Assembly: GCA_963743525.1 (NCBI GenBank)
Contig: CAVUQH010000003.1
Coordinates: forward strand, 1,088,001-1,152,000
Reading direction: 5' to 3'
Source: an uncultured delta proteobacterium
GTDB lineage: Bacteria; Myxococcota_A; Polyangia; Haliangiales; Haliangiaceae
DNA: 64,000 bases
Shown here: positions 26,888 through 40,697 of the stretch, one piece after another
Position numbering within the stretch: the first letter of the stretch is position 1
How the letters are laid out: every line of letters starts with the position of its first letter
Position numbers and translations under genes: made by a program
Notes under the pieces: model-generated
The model's database searches: none
What the model was told of the DNA's origin: nothing
Seen by the model: only the letters and a program-made list of their open reading frames with translations

Positions 26888-28510
26888 GTGATGACGCCGA
26901 CCGACGCCGCCGCGGACCGTCCCGCCGACTACGACATCGGCGCCTTCTCGGACACTCCGCCGTGGATCGTCGACCGCGACGAGCTCACCTGGCTGCCTCC
27001 GCTGGCGCTGGCCCGGCGGCTCGTGCGCGACGAGATCCCGCGCATCACGACGCCCGAGCCGGCTCCCGCCGGCCCAGCGGCGTCACGAAGGTGGTCCGCC
27101 ACCTCGGCTGGGCCGTCGGCCGCTGGTTCATCGGCGCCCGCCGGAAGGGCGGCTCGGTGTCGCGAGCCGACCTGTCCCGCCGTCTGCGCATCGCCGCCGA
27201 GGCGCTCGGGCCCGACCTACATCAAGCTGGCCCAGATCATCTCCAGCGGCGAGGGCCTGTTCCCCGAGGAGCTGGTCGCCGAGACCAAGAAGTGCCGCGA
27301 CCAGGTGCCGCCCGAGCCGTGGGACGACGATCCGCGCCGTCGTCGAGGACGACCTCGGCCGCCCCATCGCCGAGCTCTTCTCGCACGTTCGACGACGACG
27401 CCGCTCGCCGCCGCCTCGATCGCCCAGGTGCACCGGGCCACGCTGCGCACCGGCGAGGACGTCGTGGTCAAGGTGCAGCGGCCCGCGGTGGCCACGCTGG
27501 TCCGCCAGGACCTGCGGGTCATGGCCTGGCTGGCCCCGAAGCTCGTCGGGCGCATCCCGGTCGCTGCGCTCGCCAACCCGCCGGCGCTCGTCGAGCTGTT
27601 CGCCGAGACCATCACCGAGGAGCTCGACTTCCGCCTCGAGGCCGAGAACATGCTCGACGTCGCCGCAGTCTTCGCCGAGCTCGGCCAGCGCGACTACGTC
27701 ATCCCCCGCCCCCACCCCGAGCTGGTGACCCGGCGGGTGCTGGTGATGGAGCGGCTCGACGGCTTCAAGTTCGACGACGTCGCCGGCATGCAGCGACGCC
27801 GGCGTCGACACCGACGCAGGTGGTGCGCACCGGCATGATCGGGTTCATGGAGGGTGCGCTGATCCACGGCATCTTCCACGGCGACCTCCACGGCGGGAAC
27901 CTGTTCGTGCGCCCCGACGGCCGGACGGCGCTGCTCGACTTCGGCATCACCGGCCGTCTCGACGAGTTCCAGCGCAGCGCCTTCCTGCGCCTGCTCATGT
28001 CGGGCACGTCGAACGACCCCAAGGGCCAGCTCGCCGCCTTCCGCGACCTCGGCGCGCTGCCCGCCGACACCGATCTCGACGCCGTCGTCCGCGACCTCGG
28101 CCTCGACCGCCACGAGGTGTTCGACCCCACCAAGGTGGACGGCCGACGAGCTGGTGGCCGAGATGCAGCGGGTCATCAAGGCGCTGCTCGGCTACGGCGC
28201 CCGGATCCCCAAGGAGCTCATGCTCTTCGTGAAGAACATGATGTTCGTCGACGGCGCCATCGCCACGCTGGCTCCCGACCTCGACATCCTCGCAGGAGAT
28301 CGCGCACGATCACGATGTACTTCGCCACCACCCACGGCGAGGCGCATCGCCAAGCACTCGGGCATGGACGCCGACGCGTGGGAGCTCGACATGGAGGGCG
28401 TGAAGGCCGGCTTCGGCATCAGCGACGACGTCGACCGGTTGACCTACCGCGACCTGCAGAAGCGGCGCGAGATCATCCGCAAGCGGCTCGAAGGCCGCCG
28501 CCTCGAGTGA
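26888..28510 (+). CDS. ABC1/UbiB/AarF family atypical kinase, frameshifted
   Basis: GPTYIKLAQ, LAAASIAQVH, VVVKVQRP, ELDFRLEA, FHGDLHGGN, LDFG. Confidence 0.9.
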
Positions 28511-29784
28511 GCAGACGCCACCTCGACGAGCTCGCAGCCGGGGTGCTCGTCGGCACCAGCCGCTTCATGGTGACCAACACCGTCGTCGTGGTGCACGAAG
28601 GCGCTGCGTTGGTGGTCGACCCGGGCGTGCACGACGACGAGCTGCTGGCCATCGTGGGCGAGCTGCGCGACCCGGGAGCACGACCGGTCGCCGGGTTCGC
28701 CACCCACGCCCACTGGGACCACGTGCTCTGGCACGAGTCGCTCGGCGACGTACCGCGCTGGTCGTCGCACCGCACCGCCGCCGACGCCCACCTCCACCGC
28801 GAGGAGCTGCTCGCCGAGGCCGAACGAACGACGCCAGTGGACCGGGATCGCTTCGGGATGCTCACCGCGCTGGACCAGCTGGTGCCCTGGAACGGTCCGA
28901 CGGCCGCCGCGGTCGTCCACGACGCGCACGCCCCCGGGCACACCGCCCTGCACCTGCCCGAGCTCGGGCTGCTCATCGCCGGCGACACGGGCAGCGACGT
29001 GGAGATCCCCCTGCTCGAGCACGGCCGACCGGCGCCCGAGGCGCTCGCCGCCTACCACGACGGCCTCGAACGCCTCGCCGGCCTGGAACGGGTCGACGTG
29101 GTGGTCCCGGGCCACGGTCATCCCTGCGACGGCGCCATGTGGCGTCGTCGCCTGGACGCCGACCGCCGCTACCTCGACGACCTGGCCGCCGGCCGCGCCA
29201 CCGACGACACCCGGCTGATCGAGCCGTGGCTGGTCGATGCCGACGCCGCCATGCGCGCGGCACTTGGCAAGGCGCAGTGGCGTCGGTGGGCTCGCACACT
29301 GCCGCCCCCGACCGAGCGGGCGGGTCTCGTCCGTGACGCCCTGACGCAGTTCCTGGGCGACTCGCCGGGCACGGTCGCCGGCTACGTCGGCCTCCCCGAC
29401 GAGGTCGACGTGGCGCCACTGCTCGCCGGTCTCGACGACGTGGTGCTCCCCCGCATCGACGGCGACCAGGTGCATTGGCACCGGGCGGGCGAGTCCCTGG
29501 AGCGACACCCGCTCGGCGTGCACCAGCCGCCGGCACACGCGGAGGAGGTCGACCCGGCGCAGCTGGACGTCGTGCTCGTCCCCGGACGCCTCTTCGACCG
29601 GCACGGCATCCGGCTCGGGCGAGGCGGCGGCCACTACGACCGGCTGGTGCCGCGCCTGCGGCCCGGCGTTCCGGTCATCGGTGTGACCGTCGAGGACCGC
29701 ATCGTCCGCCGCCTGCCGACCGAGTCGCACGACATGCCGATGACGCACCTGGCCACCGAGGCCGGCGTGTCCTCGACGTCCTGA
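28507..29784 (+). CDS. MBL-fold metallo-hydrolase fused to 5-formyltetrahydrofolate cyclo-ligase
   Basis: THAHWDH, HAPGH, IAGD, VPGHG, then in frame LVPGRLFDRHGIRLGRGGGHYDR, ESHDMPM. Confidence 0.8.
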   Translation: MSRRHLDELAAGVLVGTSRFMVTNTVVVVHEGAALVVDPGVHDDELLAIVGELRDPGARPVAGFATHAHWDHVLWHESLGDVPRWSSHRTAADAHLHREELLAEAERTTPVDRDRFGMLTALDQLVPWNGPTAAAVVHDAHAPGHTALHLPELGLLIAGDTGSDVEIPLLEHGRPAPEALAAYHDGLERLAGLERVDVVVPGHGHPCDGAMWRRRLDADRRYLDDLAAGRATDDTRLIEPWLVDADAAMRAALGKAQWRRWARTLPPPTERAGLVRDALTQFLGDSPGTVAGYVGLPDEVDVAPLLAGLDDVVLPRIDGDQVHWHRAGESLERHPLGVHQPPAHAEEVDPAQLDVVLVPGRLFDRHGIRLGRGGGHYDRLVPRLRPGVPVIGVTVEDRIVRRLPTESHDMPMTHLATEAGVSSTS

Positions 29785-29878
29785 GCGTCGGATTCCGACG
29801 CGGGCTTCGTCGAGAACGACCCGGTAGCGAACTCGACGCTCTGCGCGTCGGAATCCGACGCTCCACGGGTCGAGTTCG
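29772..29878. repeat. Pair of REP-like palindromes in inverted orientation
   Basis: GAGCGTCGGATTCCGACGCG (29783-29802) is the exact reverse complement of 29844-29863; extra flanking arms. Confidence 0.75.
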
Positions 29879-29901
29879 GCCGGGCTCTACGCTCGCCCGC
29901 C

Positions 29902-30562
29902 GTGCGCCTCGTCATCGCCCGCTGCTCCGTCGTCTACCGCGGCCGCCTCGATGCCCACCTCCCCACCGCCGACCGGCTCATCCTGGTGAAGGCCGACGGG
30001 TCGATCTCGATCCACTCCGACGACCGGGCCTACAAGCCGCTGAACTGGATGAACCCGCCGTGCACCATCACCGAGCACGACGACCGCTGGATGGTCCGCT
30101 CGAAGAAGGGCGAGGAGCTGGAGATCACCATCGAGGAGATCCACTCCGACACCAGCCGGTCACTCGGGGTCGAGCCCGGACTCCAGAAGGACGGCGTGGA
30201 GGCCCACCTCCAGGAGCTGCTGGCCGAGCGCACCGGCACCATCGGCGAGGGCTTCACGCTGGTGCGTCGTGAGTACCCAACCGACATCGGTCCCGGTCGA
30301 CCTGCTCTGCCGCGACACCGACGGCACCGCGGTGGCCATCGAAGTGAAGCGGCGGGGCGAGATCGACGGCGTCGAGCAGCTCACCCGCTACCTCGACTTC
30401 CTGAACCGCGATCCCCGGCTGGCACCCGTCCGGGGTGTGTTCGTCGCCGAGCAGATCAAGCCCCAGGCCAAGGTGCTTGCCGCCGACCGAGGCATCGACT
30501 GCGTCGAGGTCAGCTACGACGAGCTGCGGGGCATCGAGTCGTCGGAGCTGCGCCTGTTCTGA
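29902..30562 (+). CDS. nucS: Mismatch-specific endonuclease NucS/EndoMS; frameshift near 30292
   Basis: [49 protein letters not shown]. Confidence 0.94.
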
Positions 30563-30568
30563 GCCGGG

Positions 30569-31302
<734 letters not shown>

Positions 31303-31306
<4 letters not shown>

Positions 31307-32082
31307 GCCGTGACTCCCAGGTAGGAGCGAAGGACTTCGGGATGGTTCCGGACGTGCGCCGGCGGACCCTGGGTGACGACGTGGCCGGAGGCGAGGGCCA
31401 CGATCTCGTCGCAGAGCCCCATCACCAGGGGCATGTCGTGTTCGATGAGCACGAGCGTGGCACCGAGGTACGAGGCCAGGTTTCGCAGCACCGGCTCGAG
31501 CGCCTCGGTCTCGGCTTGGGCGATGCCGGCCGCCGGCTCGTCGAGGATGAGGACCTCGGGTTCCACGGCGGCGGCCGCCGCCAGCTCGCAGAGCCGCAGC
31601 ATGCCCGTGGACATCTCCGCCGGGGTCTTGTCGGCATGGGCGGTCATACCCACCAGCTCGAGTGCCTGGTCGGCTCGTTCGGCCACCCGTCGCTCGTCGG
31701 CGCGCGCCGAGGCGGTGCCCAGCACCGATCGGAAGAAGCCGGACCCACGCATGTGGTGGTGCTGGACGGTGGCGAGGACCTCCCGGATTGGCATCGACTT
31801 GAACAGGCGTGCGTTCTGGAACGTGCGACCCAGACCCAGTCCGACCCGGGCCTCGGGCGGCAACCCGACCAGCTCGACGGGCGCGTCGCCGGTGTGCAGC
31901 AGGATGCTGCCCGACGGCTTCAGGAAGCCGGAGATGCAGTCGAACAGCGTGGTCTTGCCGGCACCGTTGGGCCCGATGACCCCGGTGATGGTCCCCCGCT
32001 GCACCTCGAAGCTGACGTCGCGGAGGACCTGGTTGCCACCGAAGGCGAGCGAGACCCCGGCCACGGACAGGACGGGGCTCAT
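31303..32082 (-). CDS. ABC transporter ATP-binding protein (LivG-like)
   Basis: GPNGAGKTT, RTFQN, LDEPAAG, IEHDM. Confidence 0.92.
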
Positions 32083-34193
32083 ACCTGCACCTCCCGGCGC
32101 TCGGGTTCGGTCCGCGGTCCGGCGGGATCTGACGGCAGCTCGGCGGCGGCGGCCGCCAGCAGGTCGGCGTCCTCGTCCTCGTCGTACGCCGACGCGCGGG
32201 TCCGGACGAAGCGGCCCATCGAGGCCAGACCACCGGGGTTGACCGCCATGATGAGGATCAGCGACGCCGCCCCCACGATCTGGGGCCAGAAGGACAGCGA
32301 TGTCGCCTCGACCCCGCCTCGGGACAGCTCGGGGTAGAGGCCGAACAGGAAGGCACCGAGGGGAGCGCCCGCCAGCGTGCCGATGCCGGCCACGACGGCG
32401 TTGGTGAGCCAGGTGATGGAGAAGAAGACCGACGCGTACTGCGTGTTCACCGACCCGAGTTGGTAGGTGAGCATCGAACCGGCGAGGGCGGCCACCGCGC
32501 CCGACACGATGAAGCCGGTCAGCTTCACCCGCACGGGTCGGATGCCGTAGGCGGCGGCCACCGTCTCGGAGTCTCGGATCGCCCGGAACGAGCGGCCGAT
32601 GCGCGTGCGTTGGATGCGCCACGCCACCAGGAACGAGGTGCCGGCGAGCACCAGGAACACGTAGTACAGGCGCGTGTCGCTGGCGAGGAACGAGGGCGGT
32701 GCCACGGGTGTGGTGCCGGTGAAGCGGGGCACGATGGCCCGCTCGGCAGCCAGACCGAACGCCAGCGTCGCCACCGCCAGGTGCAGGCCACGCAGCCGCA
32801 GGGCGGGGAGGCCCACCAGCACCGACACCGGGATGGAGAGGACCACGCCGGCCAGCACCGGGAGCGGGAACGGCAGGCCGAGTCCGGCCGAGGCGATGGC
32901 GGTGCCGGCGCCCCCCACGGCAACGAATGCGCCCTGGGCCAGCGAGACCTGGCCCAGCCAGCCGACCAGCACCACGAAGCTCAGGATCACCAGGGCGAAC
33001 ACGAGGCTCAGGTTCATGGGCAACGTGTAGAACGAGGGCACCGGTAGCAGCGGGAACACCACCAGCGCCGCGACCACCGCCGGCAGCGCCAGACGCCGGG
33101 CGACGGCGAAGGCCCGCAGCCGCTGCAGCCGGGGAGGGACGGCGGCACGCACCAGGCGGTACGCCTCGACCGGGTCGATCATCCGGGTCAGGACGGTCTC
33201 GGCACCGCCGGCGTCGGACACGCCGGCGTCGGTGTCCTCGCGGATGCCCGTGAAGATCCAGCGGGGGCGCAGCGAGAGCACCACGATCACCGCGCCGAGG
33301 GTGAGCACCTCGGGAGCGCCCTGGAAGATGCCCGCGTCGAGGGCCACCAGGTAGTGACGGGTCCACTCCTCGCCGAGGGCGATGCCGAACGCGGCAGCCA
33401 CGGCGATCGGGAAGGACACCATGCCGCCGACGATGGCGGCGGCGAAGCCCTTGATGGACAGCAGCAGGAGCAGGTTGGGATCGGAGGCGATCACGACCGA
33501 CGCCAGGGCGATGCCGGCGACACCCGCCACCATCGAGCCGCTGACCCACGACACGACCGCCAGCTTCCGCGACGACACGCCGAGGAGGGCGGCGACATCG
33601 CGGTCGGTCGCCGCAGCGCGGATGGCCAGCCCCGTTGCGGTGAAGCGGAAGAACGCCCACACCACCGCGGCCAGCGCCGCCACCAGTAGGAAGACCCCCA
33701 GCCGCTCGTACGAGACGTTCACGCCACCGATGGCGAAGGCCGGCGTGCGGGGGAAGATGGCCTGCTCGTTGGGGACGATGAGCTGATCGGCACCGAAGAA
33801 CTGCTGGGTCACGGCGGCGATCAGCAGCGACAGACCGAGCGTCACGATCACGTGCACGATCAGCGACGCACGGGCGAAGGGCCGGATCACCACGCGCTCG
33901 ATCACCAGGCCGAGCAGGGCGGCGAACCCGAGGCTGACCGGCAGCGCCACCCAGAACGACAGGTGGACATCGACCGAACCGTGGATGTGCACGACCAGCA
34001 GATCGAGGTCGAGACCGAAGCTCCGGCCGGAGACCAGGTCGTAGTGGAAGAAGGCCACGAGCGTGGCGATCGCGCCGTAGGCGAAGTTCGGCACCCGGGT
34101 CGCCTTGTAGATGAAGACGAGGCCCATGGCGAGCAGGGCGTAGACCGAGCCGGTCACCAGACCGGCGGGCAGCGTCGACAGGAAGTCGGTCAT
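32079..34193 (-). CDS. Fused LivH/LivM-type ABC permease
   Basis: YALLAMGLVFIYKATRVPNFA; GQVSLAQGAF, LRLRGLHLAVATL, NPGGL. Confidence 0.9.
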   Translation of the reverse strand: MTDFLSTLPAGLVTGSVYALLAMGLVFIYKATRVPNFAYGAIATLVAFFHYDLVSGRSFGLDLDLLVVHIHGSVDVHLSFWVALPVSLGFAALLGLVIERVVIRPFARASLIVHVIVTLGLSLLIAAVTQQFFGADQLIVPNEQAIFPRTPAFAIGGVNVSYERLGVFLLVAALAAVVWAFFRFTATGLAIRAAATDRDVAALLGVSSRKLAVVSWVSGSMVAGVAGIALASVVIASDPNLLLLLSIKGFAAAIVGGMVSFPIAVAAAFGIALGEEWTRHYLVALDAGIFQGAPEVLTLGAVIVVLSLRPRWIFTGIREDTDAGVSDAGGAETVLTRMIDPVEAYRLVRAAVPPRLQRLRAFAVARRLALPAVVAALVVFPLLPVPSFYTLPMNLSLVFALVILSFVVLVGWLGQVSLAQGAFVAVGGAGTAIASAGLGLPFPLPVLAGVVLSIPVSVLVGLPALRLRGLHLAVATLAFGLAAERAIVPRFTGTTPVAPPSFLASDTRLYYVFLVLAGTSFLVAWRIQRTRIGRSFRAIRDSETVAAAYGIRPVRVKLTGFIVSGAVAALAGSMLTYQLGSVNTQYASVFFSITWLTNAVVAGIGTLAGAPLGAFLFGLYPELSRGGVEATSLSFWPQIVGAASLILIMAVNPGGLASMGRFVRTRASAYDEDEDADLLAAAAAELPSDPAGPRTEPERREVQV

Positions 34194-36688
34194 GGCCGCG
34201 CCCCCGTGTGCGTGAGAACGGCGCCCAGCCCGACCTGGCCCAGCACGACCCAGACCAGCAGCGCTGCGGCCCAGACCAGGGGTGAATCGTCGAACGGGTT
34301 CACGGCGACGATGCGCCGCAGTTCGACCGTCGGCGCCGCGGCGAGCTCCGGCGACGCCGATGGCGACGACGGCGCCGGCGGGGGCGCGGCGGCCGTGGTC
34401 GGCGGCGACGTGTCCGTGCGGGGCAGAGCGGTCTGGACCGCCGGCGCGGGGGAAGTCGATGGCGCGGCCGGCGGAGCGGTGGCGGCGGGCGCCGCCGGGC
34501 TCACCAGGTCGGCGAGGTCGAAGCCGGTCGGGTCCTCGCTGCTGAGGGCCGAGCTCATGGCGAAGCCGATCAGGACCTGCACACGCTGGGGCGAGAAGGA
34601 GGTCGGTTCCGAGACCCCGTCGGGGATGGCGCAGACCAGGAGCAGACCCCCCACCATCGAGCCGGCGGCTGAGCCGTCCTCGGCCATGCCGGTGTACGGG
34701 TCGTCACGGCTGAACAGGAATCCCTGCGGGTAGTGCGCCGGGGCTCCGAGCACACTGAGCTGGCACCCCTGAGCGGCCAAGGCGTCGACCGCCGGCGCGA
34801 GTGCGTCGGACGGCTGGACCTCGGCACCACCGACGGCCTCGCCGTCGACCACCACCGATCCGTTCCGCACGTCGAAGCGGGTTCCGGCGACCTCGACACC
34901 GAGGAGGTCGACATGGGCGTCGGTGGCGGCACCGTCGGAGGCGCCGGTCAGCGTGGTCGCCGAGCTGGCCCGGACCTCGTCGACGGTGAGGAGCCCGCCG
35001 AGCACCGACACGCCCGCCGCCCGGGCGGAGGCGCCGCTGTCGAGGCGACCGTCGACCGTCCGGATCTGCAGATCGCCTGCGCCGGTCGGCGCGACCGCAA
35101 CCGGGCCCAGCGGATCGGTCGCCGTGTCGGGGCCACCGATCTCGCCGGAGCGGGCGTGCAGCTCGAGCGAGAGGCCGGGGCCGCAGTGGGCGGTGGCGTA
35201 GGCGGTCGGCGGGATGCCGGCGGTGTCGTCGCGGTTGTCGGTGGGGAAGCGGAAGGAAACGTCGGTCTTCTCGCCCGGAGCCACGCACTCGGCGTTGGGC
35301 AGCCGGCTCTCGTCGCCGTCGGTGCCCTCGTCGGGGTTGGCGTACTTGCCGCCGACAACGGCGTCGAACGCCGTCGGTGCGGCAGCGAAGCCCTGGGCCA
35401 CCTCGCCGGCGGCCCGGCGCACGTCGCCACGCACATACGGGATGGAGCCGGTGCCGGCGGGCAGCGGGATGTCGTACTCCACCCGGACCGCGAAGGCCTC
35501 GGCCTCGGCGAACAGGCCGAGGTCGTCGAGCGGCGTGGCACCGGAGGTGGCGGTCAGTCCGGGCAGCGCGACGGCGGCGAGACCCATCGCCGTGGCACCG
35601 ACACCGGCGGCCAGTCGCCGACCGGCGGGCCTACGGGGTCGTCCGGAAGCGGCCGTCGCCTGCGGTTCCCACGGCGAGCCGTCGTCGACCGGGACGTCGT
35701 CGTGGTCACGCGCCACGCCGGCCTGCTCGGCCGCGGCGGCGTGCACGCCACGTACGTAGCCGAGGCCGGCAGCGACCACGGCGAGACCGCCGCCGAGGAT
35801 GCCCCGGACGAGGAGCGCTCGCGCCAGCGTGGGGTCGGCGGGCACGAGCCAGCCGGCCGGGCCGGCGAGCAGCACCGCGGTGACGCCGAGCAGGACCAGT
35901 CCCTGACCACCGATCGGCGTGGTGGCGTCGTCGACGGGGGCCACGCGCCCCGTGCGGGCATCGAGGCGTCCCCAGACCCCGGCCATCGACCCGACGAGTC
36001 CCACGATGATGGTCACCACGACGAGGGCGTCGGCGAGCACGGCCTCAGAGGTCAGCGCCGGGGCGCCGGCACGGCCGGCGTCGTGGAACAGCACCCAGGA
36101 GATGATCACCTGGGCCACGAGTTGGGTGAGGCCGACCGGAAGGGCGATCTGGATCCACGCCCGCCGGTGCAACGGCACCGGGGCCGGTCGGCGCAGCCGC
36201 CAACGGGCCGCTGCACGAGCGCCGATGCCACGTCCGAGCGCGTCGACCCCGACGGCCGCACCGCCGGCGAGCACGGCCAGCGAGACGGCGACGACGGGGT
36301 AGCCGACGGCCCGGTCGCCGATCACGGCGGCGAGGACGACGGCGCCGGCACACGACCACAGCGCCGCGAGGACGGTGATGACCGCCGCCCGACGCCACAG
36401 ACGCCCGGCTACGAACAGGTCGTCCCGAGCGGGTTCCGCAACCGGGCCGCCTGGTTCGTCGAGCGCATCGGTGGCGCCCTGGAAGGCACCGTGGACGAGC
36501 CCCAAGCTGGCCGAGACGAGCGAGGCGCCGGCAACCACCACCACGAGGTCGACGGCGTCGACGACGCCGTGGGCGGCCCGGGAGATGGCCAGACCGGCCA
36601 GCAGCGCGGCCATCACGACCTGGACGACGGCGTTGGCGCGCACCTTGGACCACAGCGAGGTCGGGCGAGGTTCGGTCATGGAGGTCAT
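34190..36688 (-). CDS. Large hypothetical protein: multi-pass membrane domain + predicted extracellular beta-rich domain + C-terminal TM
   Basis: 832-aa uninterrupted ORF; start and stop overlap both neighbours. Confidence 0.7.
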   Translation of the reverse strand: MTSMTEPRPTSLWSKVRANAVVQVVMAALLAGLAISRAAHGVVDAVDLVVVVAGASLVSASLGLVHGAFQGATDALDEPGGPVAEPARDDLFVAGRLWRRAAVITVLAALWSCAGAVVLAAVIGDRAVGYPVVAVSLAVLAGGAAVGVDALGRGIGARAAARWRLRRPAPVPLHRRAWIQIALPVGLTQLVAQVIISWVLFHDAGRAGAPALTSEAVLADALVVVTIIVGLVGSMAGVWGRLDARTGRVAPVDDATTPIGGQGLVLLGVTAVLLAGPAGWLVPADPTLARALLVRGILGGGLAVVAAGLGYVRGVHAAAAEQAGVARDHDDVPVDDGSPWEPQATAASGRPRRPAGRRLAAGVGATAMGLAAVALPGLTATSGATPLDDLGLFAEAEAFAVRVEYDIPLPAGTGSIPYVRGDVRRAAGEVAQGFAAAPTAFDAVVGGKYANPDEGTDGDESRLPNAECVAPGEKTDVSFRFPTDNRDDTAGIPPTAYATAHCGPGLSLELHARSGEIGGPDTATDPLGPVAVAPTGAGDLQIRTVDGRLDSGASARAAGVSVLGGLLTVDEVRASSATTLTGASDGAATDAHVDLLGVEVAGTRFDVRNGSVVVDGEAVGGAEVQPSDALAPAVDALAAQGCQLSVLGAPAHYPQGFLFSRDDPYTGMAEDGSAAGSMVGGLLLVCAIPDGVSEPTSFSPQRVQVLIGFAMSSALSSEDPTGFDLADLVSPAAPAATAPPAAPSTSPAPAVQTALPRTDTSPPTTAAAPPPAPSSPSASPELAAAPTVELRRIVAVNPFDDSPLVWAAALLVWVVLGQVGLGAVLTHTGARP

Positions 36689-38175
36689 GCGTTCCGGAAG
36701 AGGTACCGGCAGCCGGCGTAGCGCTCGGGGAGCGTCTGTCCGGGCGGGATGGTGAAGTGGTCGGCCTGGGGGGTGATCTGGGTCCAGCGCAGATCGCCCT
36801 GGTCGTCCTCCTGGATCTGGATCACGTAGCCGCCACGCAGCGCCACGTGGCACTCGGGCGTCCACGTCCACGTCGGCTGGTTCGGATCGTCGGTGAGGTC
36901 GGGCCGCCAGTTCTGGAGGTGGTTGATGGCGTCGGCCAGACCGGCTCGCGTGATGTTGTCTCCGAGACTGGCCAGGGCGTCGCGCAGCAAGAGGGCGGCG
37001 ACGAAGTACGACGCGGTCACCGACGAGTAGGACTCGGTCTTCTGCGAGACCGCGGCCACCGCCTCCTGGTAGGCGGGCTGGTCGTAGATGGCCCCGAAGG
37101 CGTCGAAGGCGTACATCCCCTTCGAGTAGTCACCGAGGGCCTCGTGGATGACCGGTACCCCGATCAGGTAGCCACCCCATCCCTTGGGTGGCTTGTACTG
37201 CTGGATCTGGGCCTCGACGCCGCAGTTGATGACCTTCGACGCATCGATCTCGAACTGGATGAAGTCGACGCCGGCGGCGCTGGCCTGACCGATGGCGTCC
37301 GAGCACGACGTCTGGTCGGGTGCGAAGGGCACCAGCACCGGCACATCGACGCCGTAGGCCTTCCAGTCGGAGGCGACCTGCTCGGCGTAGTCCTTGCTGT
37401 AGTTCGCCGCACCCACGTCCAGGTAGAAGACGGCGACCGACTTCACCCCGAGCTGGTGCACGCCGAAGTCGGCGAGCTGGTAGCTGGCCAGCCGTTGAGG
37501 CCCGCCGACCGGGAACCAGTTGGGATTGGTGAACTCCTCGTCGAACTGCCCGAGGTGCACGACCGGAATGCCCTTGGACGACACGTAGTCACCGACGGTC
37601 GGCGCGTAGACCATCGACAGCGCGAACACCTTGTCGACTTCGACCAGGCGCTTGGTGTTGGCCAGCTGGCGGGCCGGATCACCGGCGTCGTCGTAGAGCT
37701 GCAGGCGCAACCGGCGCCCGTTGACCCCGCCGTGCTCGTTCACGTAGCGGACCCCTGCGGTGAAGCCGACGGCGATCTGCTCGCCGTAGACGGCGGCCGG
37801 ACCCGACGTGAACGTGGAGCCGCCGATCAGGATCTCCTGGTCGGTGACGCCAGGAGCGCTGGGGGCGCTGGCCGCGGCGGTCGGCGCAGCGGTCGAGCGG
37901 TCGTCTGCGCTCGACGCCGTGCGTTGCTGCCCACTACCTGCCTCGGTGTCGTCAGCGACGACGTCCGGTGCGGTGGCGGCCGTGGAGGAGCCATCGACCG
38001 TCACGGGCGTGAGCGGCGAGCCCGCGGCCAGCTCCGTGCGATCGCTGGCGTCGAGCGTCACCCGTTCGGTCGGCGTGGTGCGGCCGGCGGCGGTCACCCC
38101 GACGACGAAGACGAACGCGGCCAACAGGGCGAGGTGCGGTCGCCACTGGCGCAGGCGCGCCGTGGTGGAGTTCAT
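36685..38175 (-). CDS. ABC substrate-binding protein (LivK/Peripla_BP_6 type) with N-terminal anchor
   Basis: PGVTDQEILIG, VNEHGGVNGRRL, DDAGDP, LVEVDKVFAL. Confidence 0.88.
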   Translation of the reverse strand: MNSTTARLRQWRPHLALLAAFVFVVGVTAAGRTTPTERVTLDASDRTELAAGSPLTPVTVDGSSTAATAPDVVADDTEAGSGQQRTASSADDRSTAAPTAAASAPSAPGVTDQEILIGGSTFTSGPAAVYGEQIAVGFTAGVRYVNEHGGVNGRRLRLQLYDDAGDPARQLANTKRLVEVDKVFALSMVYAPTVGDYVSSKGIPVVHLGQFDEEFTNPNWFPVGGPQRLASYQLADFGVHQLGVKSVAVFYLDVGAANYSKDYAEQVASDWKAYGVDVPVLVPFAPDQTSCSDAIGQASAAGVDFIQFEIDASKVINCGVEAQIQQYKPPKGWGGYLIGVPVIHEALGDYSKGMYAFDAFGAIYDQPAYQEAVAAVSQKTESYSSVTASYFVAALLLRDALASLGDNITRAGLADAINHLQNWRPDLTDDPNQPTWTWTPECHVALRGGYVIQIQEDDQGDLRWTQITPQADHFTIPPGQTLPERYAGCRYLFRNA

Positions 38176-38248
38176 CGGTGTGGCCCCCGGTATCGGTGGT
38201 GATTACCCGATGACAACGTTTCGGCACCGTAACCAGCGACTCCTGCTC

Positions 38249-38264
38249 CGTGACCGATGTCACC
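38249..38264. promoter_or_regulatory. Possible CRP/GlxR-type operator
   Basis: cGTGA-ccgatg-TCACc in the divergent intergenic region. Confidence 0.3.
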
Positions 38265-38313
38265 GGCCGGCCAGCGCCGACCGCGTCGCTGGGACCATCG
38301 GTAGCCTCGCCCC

Positions 38314-40553
<2,240 letters not shown>

Positions 40554-40697
40554 GTGTCAGCTCCCTCCCTGTCGGTCACCCGTCCTAGGTGCGGCGGTCG
40601 CCGACCATCCGCGACGGACGTGACGCACGTCGTGGAATCGTCATCGGTGCTGACTACGTCCGGGTCGACGCGGGGCGTGCCAGGGTCGATCGGCCCT

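Noticed and set aside
26962..29784. 940-aa kinase-MBL-MTHFS triple fusion
   Set aside because: The ABC1 kinase ends at its own TGA (28510) overlapping GTG 28507; the long ORF is a frameshift by-product
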